A stretch of 63,772 nt of DNA, filler included, from Octopus bimaculoides (Eukaryota): the NCBI RefSeq assembly GCF_001194135.2. It is 5 parts of 5 records of this genome, joined end to end, with 100 filler letters (N's around TTAATTAATTAA, not from the genome) between each part and the next. Parts side by side here need not be neighbours in the genome. Positions count along the whole stretch, not along the records: positions 30,447 to 41,681 come from NC_069007.1; positions 41,782 to 52,436 come from NC_068991.1; 3 more parts are not named here. One strand, written 5' to 3'. The notes under the pieces were generated by a model, which was given only the letters and a program-made list of their open reading frames with translations, did no database searches and was not told the DNA's origin. Position 1 is the first letter of the stretch. Every line of letters begins with the position of its first letter. Below are positions 37,956 to 51,149 of the stretch, one piece after another. A program made the position numbers and the translations under genes.

Positions 37956-39148
37956 TATCATTNNNNNNNNNNNNNNNNNNNNNNNNNNNNNNNNNNNNNN
38001 NNNNNNNNNNNNNNNNNNNNNNNNNNNNNNNNNNNNNNNNNNNNNNNNNNNNNNNNNNNNNNNNNNNNNNNNNNNNNNNNNNNNNNNNNNNNNNNNNNNN
38101 NNNNNNNNNNNNNNNNNNNNNNNNNNNNNNNNNNNNNNNNNNNNNNNNNNNNNNNNNNNNNNNNNNNNNNNNNNNNNNNNNNNNNNNNNNNNNNNNNNNN
38201 NNNNNNNNNNNNNNNNNNNNNNNNNNNNNNNNNNNNNNNNNNNNNNNNNNNNNNNNNNNNNNNNNNNNNNNNNNNNNNNNNNNNNNNNNNNNNNNNNNNN
38301 NNNNNNNNNNNNNNNNNNNNNNNNNNNNNNNNNNNNNNNNNNNNNNNNNNNNNNNNNNNNNNNNNNNNNNNNNNNNNNNNNNNNNNNNNNNNNNNNNNNN
38401 NNNNNNNNNNNNNNNNNNNNNNNNNNNNNNNNNNNNNNNNNNNNNNNNNNNNNNNNNNNNNNNNNNAACTCAGAACGTAGTGGCAGACAAAATACCACTA
38501 AGCATTTCACCCGGCGTGCTAATGATTCTGCCAGTTCGCCGTTTTGCCATGGTTTCTTATTTCTTTATTGCTCACAAGGGGCTAAACATAGAGGGGACAA
38601 ACAAGGACAGATAAAGAGATTAAATCGATTACATCGACACCAGTGCGTAACTGGTACTTAATTCATCGACCCCGAAAAGATGAAAGGCAAAGTCGACCTC
38701 GGCAGAATTTGAACTCAGAACATAACAGCAGACGATATAACGCTAAGCATTTCACCCGGCTTGCTAACGTTTCTGCCAGTTCGCCACGGTTTCTATTGTT
38801 GGATGCCCTTCCTGATACCAACCGCTTTACAGAGTGCATTGGATGCTTTCTGCACCAGCACCAGTGGGGTTACCAAGTAACTCGCACGACAAAACCCTTT
38901 TGACTTGGGAGGTGGCTTTGAGCCAGTTGATGAGAGGTTAAAAAGTATACCAGAAGGAAAGGGATAGGTGCCTTATTAGGAAGAAGATACGTGGATATTC
39001 CAGTTGGAGAGGGAAGAGAAAGACACAACGTAATCCTGACCGGTCCAGATTGAGATTGTGAATGCAACACCTCCCCCCCAACCACTAGGCCACGCACCCT
39101 CACACAACAAGGAAGTACACCTTTAATGACCACAGCAGCAATACTCAC

Positions 39149-39271
39149 CTTGCCAAGCCGTTGCTGTGGTGGCGGTGGAGAAGGTGACCCACATGCCATG
39201 GCTGGCAGTGTAATTATGGACAGGGATTCACTGCAGGACCGTGATCTCCTTTCAGGTAACATGGCTTCCTC
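39149..39271 (-). CDS. FAM122A: FAM122/PABIR-like exon: EEAMLPERRSRSCSESLSIITLPAMACGSPSPPPPQQRLGK
   Basis: Acceptor ttttctttttatggcag, donor AAG|GTGAGT, 123 nt, only phase 0 is open. Joins the next exon to give ...LGK|QCFSPSMQ (human FAM122A: ...GIGKQCFSPSLQ). Confidence 0.8.
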
Positions 39272-40358
39272 CTGCCATAAAAAAGAAAAACAACAACAAA
39301 AAATGATAAACACGTCTCCGCATTGAGCAGGTGGAAGGACAGGAAAAGGGGTTACAAGTCAGTTTGGTTTTGAAGGGAAGAGTGAAATGGAAAAGACAAA
39401 AACAGGAATGGATTGGTTTGAAAAATTAAAAGCATTGCATAGATTCAGAAATATAGGTGTTTTCATATACAGATATATTATACTCTTTACTCGTTTCAGT
39501 CATTTGACTGTGGTCATGCTGGAGCACCACATTTTTAGTCGAGCAAATCGACCCCAGGACTTATTCTTTGTAAGCCTAGTGCTTATTCTATTGGCCTCTT
39601 TTGCCGAACTGCTAAGCTACGGGGACGTAAACACACCAGCATCGGTTGTCAAGCGATGTTGGGAGGACAAACACAGACACACAAAGATATACACACACAC
39701 ACATATATATACACACATATATACGCCGGGCTTCTTTCAGTTTCCGTCTACCAAATCCACTCACAAGGTTTTGGTCGGCCCGAAGCTATAGTAGAAGACA
39801 CTTGCCCAAGGTGTCACACAGTAGGACTGAACCCGGAACCATGTGGTTCGTAAGCAAGCTACTTACCACACAGCCACTATATAAACAATTTAATATAAAC
39901 AGCAGTTTGCAATGTTTCACCAAAAAGGAAAATTATAATTGTTACTAAATGTGACTAGGGTGTTAAAAAACACCTACATTGCTAGAAATAAGAGCTAAAA
40001 ATTTCTAATATTGTAGTTCAATTCCTGGTAGTGCCTTGTGTCCTTGAATAAGACACTTTATTTCCCGTTGATCTCCAGTCCATTCAGCTGGCAAAAATGA
40101 GTTGTATCTGTAATTCAAAGAGCCAGCCTTGTTACACTCTGTGCCACATGGAATCTGCCTGAGAACTATGTTAAGGGCACAAGTGTCAATGGAGTGCTCA
40201 GCCACATGCACATTAAATTCAAAAACAGGCTGTTCCGTTGATCGGATCAACTGGAACCCCTGTCGTCATAACCGACAGAGTGCCAGTTGATAGACAAAGT
40301 GAAAATAATTCCAGGAGCAAAAAAAACAAAACAAAACAAAACAAAAAACAAGACTCAC

Positions 40359-40410
40359 CAAAGAAAAGTCTTCCCAAGAATTAGACATAGTAATGGCATT
40401 CTGTATTTGT
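40359..40410 (-). CDS. FAM122A: FAM122/PABIR-like exon: (R)QIQNAITMSNSWEDFSL
   Basis: Pyrimidine-rich acceptor ...aaacttcag, donor TTG|GTGAGT, 52 nt, phase 2 to 0. SNSWEDFSL resembles the remembered FAM122 motif 'HEREVQTAMQISHSWEESFSL'. Confidence 0.8.
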
Positions 40411-40494
40411 CTGAAGTTTCAAGAAAAGAAAATTTTAAAATTAAGAAAAAATTTTCATGGAAAATTACAACAATAGATGCAAGAATAAAATGTA

Positions 40495-40982
40495 CCATAA
40501 ATCCTTGAGTATAATCTGCATTTTTTACCCAAAATTTAACGGTCAAAATCCCTAGTGTGTACTATATATGAGGTAAAAAATGAAAAATATTTTCTAAGCA
40601 ATGTCCGAGTCTCTATTTGCTGTCCGGCAATGTTTATTCAGACACATTTTGTTATGTCGGGCTTGTAATTGATAGTGACAAACATGTAAAGGCAATTTAT
40701 TTAATATTTATTTTTCACCGACGTTATTACTGTTATTTCTTTATTTTCTGCAAACAAAGTGCACAAAAAAGCTACATGTTTGCATTATGTTATATATACA
40801 ATAATAATAAAGGACGGTACCATATATACGTTTACAAACCAAGGACGTTATATAGACCTCCTTGACTCAAGTTAGAGAAGGGGTGTGTATTATACACAAG
40901 GTTTAGGTTTTTCAAAGGTACAACCCCCTAAAAATCCCCTGCGTATTATACGCAAGGGCGAACTATACTCGAGGATTTATGG
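40495..40982. mobile_element. 488-bp Tc2/pogo-like MITE in a FAM122-like intron
   Basis: TIR CCATAAATCCT(T/C)GAGTATA at both ends, TA flanks. Confidence 0.85.
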
Positions 40983-41498
40983 TATTTATTTTAATAATTG
41001 ATTTCATAGATTAGGCCGAAGGGCAGAAACTCTGAGAAGGGAATACAGGGGGTAGTTAACTGCGTCAACTCTAGTGCTTGGCTGGCACTTGTTCTGCCAA
41101 TCTAAAAGTAATACAAACATTGGTTTCAAATTTAAGTACCAGGCCAACAAGTTCATGGGACGGGTTAAGCTGATTACACTGACCTCAGTACTCGACTGGG
41201 GCTTATTTCATTGACTCCTGAAAGAATAAAAAGCGAAGCTGACCTTGCAGAATTTGAACTCAGAACAAGGAGACAGATGAAATACCGTATGCTAATGATT
41301 CTGCCAGCTTTCCACCTTACCAGGTCAGCAAGCTTGGAGAAGGGGGTAAGCCAATTACATCAACCCCAGTATTCAGCCGGTACTTATTTTCTCAAACCCA
41401 TTAGTATGAAAGGCAAAGGCAACCCTGACAGAATTTGAACTGAGAATATAAAAATATACAACAATTCTGCCTTAATAATAATAATGATAATAATAATA

Positions 41499-41529
<31 letters not shown>

Positions 41530-41567
41530 TAATGATAATAATAATGGTAATAATAATAATAATAATA

Positions 41568-41611
<44 letters not shown>

Positions 41612-42083
41612 AATAATAATAATGATAATGATAATAATAATGGTAATAATAATAATAATAATAATGGTAATAATAATAATANNNNNNNNNNNNNNNNNNN
41701 NNNNNNNNNNNNNNNNNNNNNNNNNTTAATTAATTAANNNNNNNNNNNNNNNNNNNNNNNNNNNNNNNNNNNNNNNNNNNNCTCTTCCTCCTTCCTTTCT
41801 GGGCTATTTGCCATTCCTCATTACTTTCATCTTCCGACGAAGGTTCTGAGGAATCGGAAGGGGGTAGGGGCAAATTGTGAGCGTCTGTGTGTGCTTGTGT
41901 GAGTGGTTGTGTTGCTGTTTTTGTTGGTGCTGATGGCTTGTTATTTGTGTGAGGTGTGTGTGATGTGGGGGAGGGGGAAACAGTCTTGGAATTTTCTTTC
42001 TTTTCCCCTGCTTCCTCACTTGTTGTTTTTGCAGATGCTGTTGTCTTCTCAGTTGCCAGTGTTGCTTGTGTTTCTCTTGTTTC

Positions 42084-42143
<60 letters not shown>

Positions 42144-45100
42144 CATGCTTTTTATTATCTTTTAACTGTTTCAGCCATTATACTATGGCCATGCTAGGGC
42201 ACCTCCGAGGAAAAATTTTACTCGATTGGAATCGCCCCCAGTATTTACTTTCTATAAGTTTGGTACATATGTTATCGATCTCTTTTACCGAACCGCTATG
42301 TTACGGGAACGTAGAACACATCAACACCGGTTGTCAAACGGTGGTGGGGGCAAGCACACATGCACTCACACATATTTATGACGCGCTTCTTTCAGTTTCC
42401 GTCAGCCAAATTCATTGACACGGCTTTTGGCGATCCGAGTCTTTAGCAGAAGACGCTTGCACTAGTTGCCACGCAGTGAGACTGAACTCCTAACCATGTG
42501 GTTGTGAATCAGCCTATTACTACACATGTATGCAAGTGTATGTATAAACATATATAAATGCATATGCATATGTATATCGATGTATACATGTATATATTTA
42601 TATGTGTATGTACTTATACTTATAAATGTGTGTCCGTGAGTGTGTCTGTAGGTGTGTATGATACACACATATATACTGGATGGGCAGGTATATGAATGGA
42701 AATTCCAGTATATAGGTAACGACAAACCTACATTAAGAAATATTTTATCTTTGAACATTCTTTTTTCTCTTTTGGTGTATTATCGAAATTAATATTACTG
42801 ATGATTAGAATCAGTCGAAATTAAAATATGAGACAGTCCTTATGAGTCTATACACCAGCTACAGTCGTTAAACTGACACCAGGTATTTCAAAGGACGCCC
42901 TTATCCGTGTTCAAGTTTAAGGAAGATCAGGTGTCCTCTGGTGTTGATCTGGCAACTCGAATCAAAAGAAAGACAGCAGATCCAGAAAACCATCAATAGG
43001 CGTTCTAAGGGATTCTTAAGGATCCTGGCCCGAACCTTTCACGCAGTAGAATTCGCTGTCAGACATCTTCGCACAAAAAGACCACATAATCATACTATAT
43101 TATAAAAAAGGCACACTATATATCAGACAATACTGTAGTTAACAAAAGAAACATATGACATTGCTCATATTGTAGACTCGTAGCTCACGTGATTTAAATG
43201 AGGTGAAGTACTAAGTCAAGAGAGACCCGTGTCGGCGGCACAATTGTGCTAAAAACAAAGAACATCTACGGTACGAATCGTAGGCCTCCAGTTGCGTCTG
43301 TGGTAGCATCGCTAACATCATTTGGGTTGCCGATGGTTTCGGTGGATGGCTTATCTTTCCTTATGCTATATAGTTGAATATGAGTGCCAAATTTCTATAA
43401 GCAGCAAGTTTTATTTTTGTCTTTTGTGGGTTTGATTTTGTTTTTTGTTCGTTCTCGTTTGCCTGGCGCACCCTGATATGCTTGCATGTGGCTGAATGCA
43501 CGCGTGTGGGTTTAAGCATACATACAGACATATATACGTGTGAAATGTGATATTTGTTAAAGTTTGTCACTTAAGTGCACACGCACGCACACGAACACAC
43601 AAACATAGGAAGAAAGGTAGCTAGATCAAGAGAGAAAGAGTGAAAGAAAGAAAGAGAGGTTAAAGAGAAGGAGAGAAAGAAAAAGAGCGCATGACGTTTT
43701 ATTTCGAGCGTCAACTCGGGAGCTGCCACGTTCATGATATCAATACATTAAAAAAAGTTTAAAGAAAATGGACTTTTTATCCAGGCCGTGCAACGTTATT
43801 ATATATCGTCTTCCATTATTGTCACATTGAAATTTGTTCACAAATATATGTGAGCAATCATTGATCAGACACCAAGAGGCCTAACCCAGGTAACAACGTA
43901 TTCCAATACGTAATATATTGGTGTACCATCGGTAACTAAACCTGAACACCTTCCAAAATTACTTCATACAGAAAATAATGTTTGGACAGAGTGAATCCAA
44001 AACCTGTCAAAACAAACATATCCTAAAAATAGGTGAATAAAAGTTCTATGTATGGAAATTTAAATGCGAATATGTAAAGACCAATTTTGCTCGAGGCCTT
44101 CCTGCTTATATTATCTGACAGCTCATCTGATTTTGTCTACCGCCATTCTAACGGCTTCAAATTTTTGAAGAGTAGCATTACTGTGGCACATGGTTTAGAC
44201 ATAATATAATTAAACAGCAAGAATTTTGCGCAAGATTTTGCTTTTATGCCGCAAAAATTAAGATCCGGATATACAGGAATGACGAATAGACAACACGAAT
44301 TTAGTTATGGCGACTTGGCAACGCGTCAGTGATAATAAAATGCCGACAATTACATAGGTACAGTGATATTCATAATACTCCGGATATCGTATAAATTTTC
44401 GATATTCTAGGAACATGAGTCTTAGTTGAGGTGTCACAGTACCCATCAGGTAAAGCGGGGTACTTGGTGAAGAGTTTCTATTGAATATTACCATGAGTAG
44501 CTCATGAGAAGGTGGTATTATGTCACAAAATTTAGTGGGAAACTGGGCGTATATAAGAAACAACTGAATGTATATATATATATATATATATCCGTTAGAT
44601 ACTCTGCTCAATATATTGATTGATAGACATGCATATATATATGTATATACTTATGCACACAAACAAACATACTTACACACATACATACTTATATATAAAT
44701 NNNNNNNNNNNNNNNNNNNNNNNNNNNNNNNNNNNNNNNNNNNNNNNNNNNNNNNNNNNNNNNNNNNNNNNNNNNNNNNNNNNNNNNNNNNNNNNNNNNN
44801 NNNNNNNNNNNNNNNNNNNNNNNNNNNNNNNNNNNNNNNNNNNNNNNNNNNNNNNNNNNNNNNNNNNNNNNNNNNNNNNNNNNNNNNNNNNNNNNNNNNN
44901 NNNNNNNNNNNNNNNNNNNNNNNNNNNNNNNNNNNNNNNNNNNNNNNNNNNNNNNNNNNNNNNNNNNNNNNNNNNNNNNNNNNNNNNNNNNNNNNNNNNN
45001 NNNNNNNNNNNNNNNNNNNNNNNNNNNNNNNNNNNNNNNNNNNNNNNNNNNNNNNNNNNNNNNNNNNNNNNNNNNNNNNNNNNNNNNNNNNNNNNNNNNN

Positions 45101-45541
45101 NNNNNNNNNNNNNNNNNNNNNNNNNNNNNNNNNNNNNNNNNNNNNNNNNNNNNNNNNNNNNNNNNNNNNNNNNNNNNNNNNNNNNNNNNNNNNNNNNNNN
45201 NNNNNNNNNNNNNNNNNNNNNNNNNNNNNNNNNNNNNNNNNNNNNNNNNNNNNNNNNNNNNNNNNNNNNNNNNNNNNNNNNNNNNNNNNNNNNNNNNNNN
45301 NNNNNNNNNNNNNNNNNNNNNNNNNNNNNNNNNNNNNNNNNNNNNNNNNNNNNNNNNNNNNNNNNNNNNNNNNNNNNNNNNNNNNNNNNNNNNNNNNNNN
45401 NNNNNNNNNNNNNNNNNNNNNNNNNNNNNNNNNNNNNNNNNNNNNNNNNNNNNNNNNNNNNNNNNNNNNNNNNNNNNNNNNNNNNNNNNNNNNNNNNNNN
45501 NNNNNNNNNNNNNNNNNNNNNNNNNNNNNNNNNNNNNNNNN

Positions 45542-45599
<58 letters not shown>

Positions 45600-47462
45600 C
45601 GCATGTGTTGCGTAGGTGTGTGTGTGCATGTGTGTGTGCACGTGTGCAGTGTGTGTTTGCGCGTGTATGTGTTTTATTATGGTTAAAAAATACTTTTTCT
45701 CAGAATATTTTACATAACTTTTTAAGACATCTGACATCTTACTTCTTCCTGCTAACCGCTCATATTCAAATTACAATTGATAATTGTTGGAATTGAAGTA
45801 GACTGAGATGTACATACAGTGTTATCGTATAGAGGGAAAGTTCAATATGAAGTTTTAAACTCATTATCTTGCGGTTAGTAGTAATCCATTACCTTAAATT
45901 TGAAGTTTTTAAGACCTTGCACATTATTTTACTGGGCTTGGTCTTTCGACTGTCGCCATGATAGAGTATCACCCTCAAGTATTTAATTCATAATACTGAC
46001 CTCAGTACGTATTTCAATCTGGCATTTATTTTATAGGTCCCTGCTTGATGAATTGCAAAGTTTGAGACATAGTGGGACACAATACTCTATTTAACAACAA
46101 ATTTAAACACACACATACCCACATATTAGGTGCAAGAATGACTGTGATTGAGAAGTTTGCTTCGGAACCACATGGTCCAACGTTCAGTCCCTCTGCGTGG
46201 TATCTTGGGCAAGTGTTTTCTGCTATAGCCCTTGCCCAACCACAGACCTATGACTGAATTTGGGAGACAGAAACTGCAGCGATGTTTACCAGAAAGTGAC
46301 CAAAAGACATGTTTGTAAAAAAGAGTTGTTTGCTTCATGCTCCTCGTGTGCCGATTCTGCCCATAATAAAGGAACAACTAATACAATGTGGCTGAGGGTC
46401 ATAAAACCTGGACAACGCCGGGGTACATTGCTAGTATATAATACATTAAATATANNNNNNNNNNNNNNNNNNNNNNNNNNNNNNNNNNNNNNNNNNNNNN
46501 NNNNNNNNNNNNNNNNNNNNNNNNNNNNNNNNNNNNNNNNNNNNNNNNNNNNNNNNNNNNNNNNNNNNNNNNNNNNNNNNNNNNNNNNNNNNNNNNNNNN
46601 NNNNNNNNNNNNNNNNNNNNNNNNNNNNNNNNNNNNNNNNNNNNNNNNNNNNNNNNNNNNNNNNNNNNNNNNNNNNNNNNNNNNNNNNNNNNNNNNNNNN
46701 NNNNNNNNNNNNNNNNNNNNNNNNNNNNNNNNNNNNNNNNNNNNNNNNNNNNNNNNNNNNNNNNNNNNNNNNNNNNNNNNNNNNNNNNNNNNNNNNNNNN
46801 NNNNNNNNNNNNNNNNNNNNNNNNNNNNNNNNNNNNNNNNNNNNNNNNNNNNNNNNNNNNNNNNNNNNNNNNNNNNNNNNNNNNNNNNNNNNNNNNNNNN
46901 NNNNNNNNNNNNNNNNNNGGTTTCGATTCCCAGCCGGGCGTTGTGAGTGTTTATTGAGCGAAAACACCTAAAGCTCCACGAGGCTCCGGCAGGGGATGGT
47001 GGCGAACCCTGCTGTACTCTTCCACCACAACTTTCTCTCACTCTTACTTCCTATTTCTGTTGTGCCTGTAATTCAAAGGGTCAGCCTTGTCACACTGTGT
47101 CACACTGAATCTCCCCGAGAACTACGTTAAGGGTACACGTGTCTGTGGAGTGCTCAGCCACTTGCACATTAATTTCACGAGCAGGCTGTCCCGTTGATCG
47201 GATCAACAGAAACCCTTGACGTCGTAAGCGACGGAGTGCCAACAACAACAACGCGGATATCCACTTCCCGAAGCCTTGTTTCAGAATATTTGCAGTTAGA
47301 CTGTGAGTAACCAGGATGTAGTGAACAATATCTCGGAATGCCTTTTGTGCTACTCTTAAATCTAGGAACTTTACAGCAGCCTTCGTCTGTATATATAATT
47401 ATATATAAGAGGAAGAAATTAATTTAGATGCGTAACGTTACATGAATATTGTTATTGCTTAC

Positions 47463-47559
47463 CTGAAACATTGTTGCCGTTTTTGGATTTGTTTTTCATG
47501 TTATGGATGTCCATATTTTCATTAGTAGTAGTATTGTTACCATTATACCAATTCTTCAT
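47463..47559 (-). CDS. Candidate first coding exon MKNWYNGNNTTTNENMDIHNMKNKSKNGNNVS(G), possibly of the FAM122-like gene
   Basis: ATG at 47559, 97 nt open, strong donor CAG|GTAAGC, YY1-like CCGCCATATT about 70 bp upstream. No homology recognised. Confidence 0.35.
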
Positions 47560-47706
47560 TTCTGATTTTCTGTTAGAAATAAGATTTTCTTCCGCTCAAT
47601 TTTATCGGTAACATAAATCAGCTTCCGCCATATTGGATCGAAGCTCAATTTGTAAGAAAATCACAATGATCACAAAGCTGAACACCACTTGTGATAGTCC
47701 CCCCCT

Positions 47707-47749
<43 letters not shown>

Positions 47750-48688
47750 GGGGGTATCGCAAAAGAAATCTCCCCATCATCCGATTATCCATCTCAAGCC
47801 GCTTATTCAAGATTTAGATTTAGTACAGTTATAACTCTCTTATTTCGTCCTTTGTACATATTCAGTGTTTCCTTTACATTTTTGTTCTTTCCCAGTTGTT
47901 ATACGGTGTTTGCATTTAACCATATAAGTATGCATCTGTGTAAGTATATATGTATATACTTACATATATATATATATATATATANNNNNNNNNNNNNNNN
48001 NNNNNNNNNNNNNNNNNNNNNNNNNNNNNNNNNNNNNNNNNNNNNNNNNNNNNNNNNNNNNNNNNNNNNNNNNNNNNNNNNNNNNNNNNNNNNNNNNNNN
48101 NNNNNNNNNNNNNNNNNNNNNNNNNNNNNNNNNNNNNNNNNNNNNNNNNNNNNNNNNNNNNNNNNNNNNNNNNNNNNNNNNNNNNNNNNNNNNNNNNNNN
48201 NNNNNNNNNNNNNNNNNNNNNNNNNNNNNNNNNNNNNNNNNNNNNNNNNNNNNNNNNNNNNNNNNNNNNNNNNNNNNNNNNNNNNNNNNNNNNNNNNNNN
48301 NNNNNNNNNNNNNNNNNNNNNNNNNNNNNNNNNNNNNNNNNNNNNNNNNNNNNNNNNNNNNNNNNNNNNNNNNNNNNNNNNNNNNNNNNNNNNNNNNNNN
48401 NNNNNNNNNNNNNNNNNNNNNNNNNNNNNNNNNNNNNNNNNNNNNNNNNNNNNNNNNNNNNNNNNNNNNNNNNNNNNNNNNNNNNNNNNNNNNNNNNNNN
48501 NNNNNNNNNNNNNNNNNNNNNNNNNNNNNNNNNNNNNNNNNNNNNNNNNNNNNNNNNNNNNNNNNNNNNNNNNNNNNNNNNNNNNNNNNNNNNNNNNNNN
48601 NNNNNNNNNNNNNNNNNNNNNNNNNNNNNNNNNNNNNNNNNNNNNNNNNNNNNNNNNNNNNNNNNNNNNNNNNNNNNNNNNNNNNNNN

Positions 48689-48728
<40 letters not shown>

Positions 48729-49158
48729 CAAGAATAAGGGCAGAGAATCGTCAATTAATAATAGAATTAATAATTAACAATTCTGCCAAGTAGTTCAGTA
48801 TGAAAAAAACCTTTATCGGTAAGACTATTTATCATTATAAATATACAGGGATTAGCAATTGAGTTGCTTCTCCAACATACTGAAAATTTAGAAATAGCAG
48901 TCAAAGAACTACTGATTCCAAACTACAAATTTTCTCTAAAGTGGATGGCGATATTTATGGCAGTGGTCTAACATATAAAAAAATCTATACTCTTCAGAAC
49001 TGTTTCCGGAATTTAGCGCGCCAGAGCTGAGACATTTCAAAATAACCCCAATGTAATCGGTAGAACCTTACGCACGTCAAATTTTACTTTGTGGTTGGGT
49101 CATTGATGACCTCTTTCTAGCATATTGGATGTTCACCTAGTGGTCATCCCTTCTTATA

Positions 49159-49214
<56 letters not shown>

Positions 49215-50164
49215 AAGACAGAGAGGCTGCGATGAGGGAACCCTCTTCTCTACTTGCAATCGATGAGTACATAAGTATGAATTTCATATGAAACTAATAC
49301 CAAGCAATTTGAGTAATTGAGTAATATCAGCAAATTCATGTAGCTGAGACGTGTCAGAAATTTCACAACACACGTCACATCGCACAGGTATATATTGTAT
49401 ATTTTGAATATTTGACAATATTTATCTATCTATTCATCGGACACTGATATTCTGTTCGCAATCTAATGAATTATCATGCAACTTAAAGTTATCCTAAATC
49501 AGCTACTTCATGTGTTTCTACAATCTGTAGAAAACAGATGGCGTTGAAAACAAATAGACGTAGTAGTATAACACTCGGGAATTGAGATGCAAACACACGC
49601 AGATACGCAAACACACATATACACATACACTCAAACACATATACTGACCATCTTCATACTCTCTCGTCCCAGAAACCTCTTTCACTTTCTCTTTCCACTT
49701 CCGGTATTTTAAGAAAAGTAAACGCACGCGGATTGCTGACAATTTTTCCTTATTTTTCCTCTTTTCTCTTTGGACTTCTCGCTTTTCGATGAAGAGCTTT
49801 GCTCGAAACGCTAACAACTCTCTCCTTTCACCGAGCATCAATTAATTAATATTTTTTTTTGTGCATGTCCTCATGTGTTTTTGTTTCTTTCTTACCCTGT
49901 TTTCTAATAGTTTATTCTTTGAATTGACTATATATATATTTACATATATTCTTTTATTCTTTTATTCTACCATTTGTTTCAGTCATTTGACTGCGGCCAT
50001 GCTGGAGCACCGTCTTCAGTCGCACAAATCGACACCAGGACTTATTCCGTGTAAGCCCAGTACTTATTCTAACGGTCTCTTTTGCCAAACCGCTACGTTA
50101 TGGGGATATAAACATACCTCGTCGGTTGTCAAATGACGGTGAGGGGCGGCAAACACAGACATAG

Positions 50165-50238
<74 letters not shown>

Positions 50239-50296
50239 GTATATACACATACACAAACAACAAACCACATTGAAACCCAAAAAACAAATGCCTTAC

Positions 50297-50420
50297 CTTG
50301 TAGTTGCGCTTCACTTAATTCAATTATTCGCCACGCTGCAATCCAACGTCGCGCCCTTCTTCAGTGCAAAGAAAAACACTGACATGCGCAGTGGAAGCTT
50401 TTTTCCACTCAGCCACGTCC
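50297..50420 (-). promoter_or_regulatory. CpG-containing promoter-like segment with probable non-coding first exon
   Basis: Partial NRF1-like ACTGCGCATGT (50382-50392), local CpG enrichment, strong donor AAG|GTAAGG after 50297. Confidence 0.45.
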
Positions 50421-51121
50421 GCGCCTATATGTGTGCGTGTGCGTATTTGACTGTATGCATATATCTTCATATATATATACACACACGGTACTCCGAGTCT
50501 CCTTTACGTAATAAAGGTACCTACAAAAGATTAGTGGCAGATTTTCATACTTAGAATCTTCNNNNNNNNNNNNNNNNNNNNNNNNNNNNNNNNNNNNNNN
50601 NNNNNNNNNNNNNNNNNNNNNNNNNNNNNNNNNNNNNNNNNNNNNNNNNNNNNNNNNNNNNNNNNNNNNNNNNNNNNNNGCTTTTTTCCACTCAGCCACG
50701 TCCGCGCCTATATGTGTGCGTGTGCGTATTTGACTGTATGCATATATCTTCATATATATATACACACACGGTACTCCGAGTCTCCTTTACGTAATAAAGG
50801 TACCTACAAAAGATTAGTGGCAGATTTTCATACTTAGAATCTTCGTCGTGAAGAATTTCCCTCTCTCATATTATGTGATCACGAATCTTACTACACTTCA
50901 ACATTGTAACCTTACAATAAATCCTCCAATATGTTTTGCACATCTTTGATGATTATATTTCGAAATAAGCTTTGGAGATGATCTGAGTATTGACCTCTTT
51001 TACTTACAATATTTCACAGACATTATTATGTGTCTTTTATACAGAATAAAAAAAACATCTTCTCGTAATAAACTTAACAGCTCGAAAATTACTTTTAGTC
51101 ATTTCTTTGTTTCGATCATAG

Positions 51122-51149
51122 GAATGCAACCATGCAATGGCTGTGCATC
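51122..51149 (+). CDS. Candidate 28-nt exon with start codon (MAVH|R) for the downstream Pro/Gln-rich gene
   Basis: Acceptor tttctttgtttcgatcatag, donor C|GTAAGT, gcaATGG at 51137. Ends in phase 1, matching exon 59280, but two artificial spacers lie between them. Confidence 0.3.

Noticed and set aside
41475-41681. (AAT)n tract with periodic ATG/GTA variants; CRISPR-like periodicity also considered for the 66-bp array
   Set aside because: Ordinary slippage-derived microsatellite structure; there are no unique spacers or cas genes and the DNA is eukaryotic.
41782-42085. Ser/Thr/Pro-rich minus frame ending ...SSEDESNEEWQIAQKGRRK
   Set aside because: Could be a LINE ORF1 tail, but it is truncated by an artificial spacer and has no diagnostic motif.
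42790-43040. Faint resemblance to the C-terminal restriction-like endonuclease of an R4/Dong LINE
   Set aside because: Too degenerate to support by eye.
50399-50845. Identical ~160-bp direct repeat on both sides of an N gap
   Set aside because: Perfect identity ending exactly at the gap edges indicates overlapping contig ends, not a tandem duplication. The same applies to 20175-20280.
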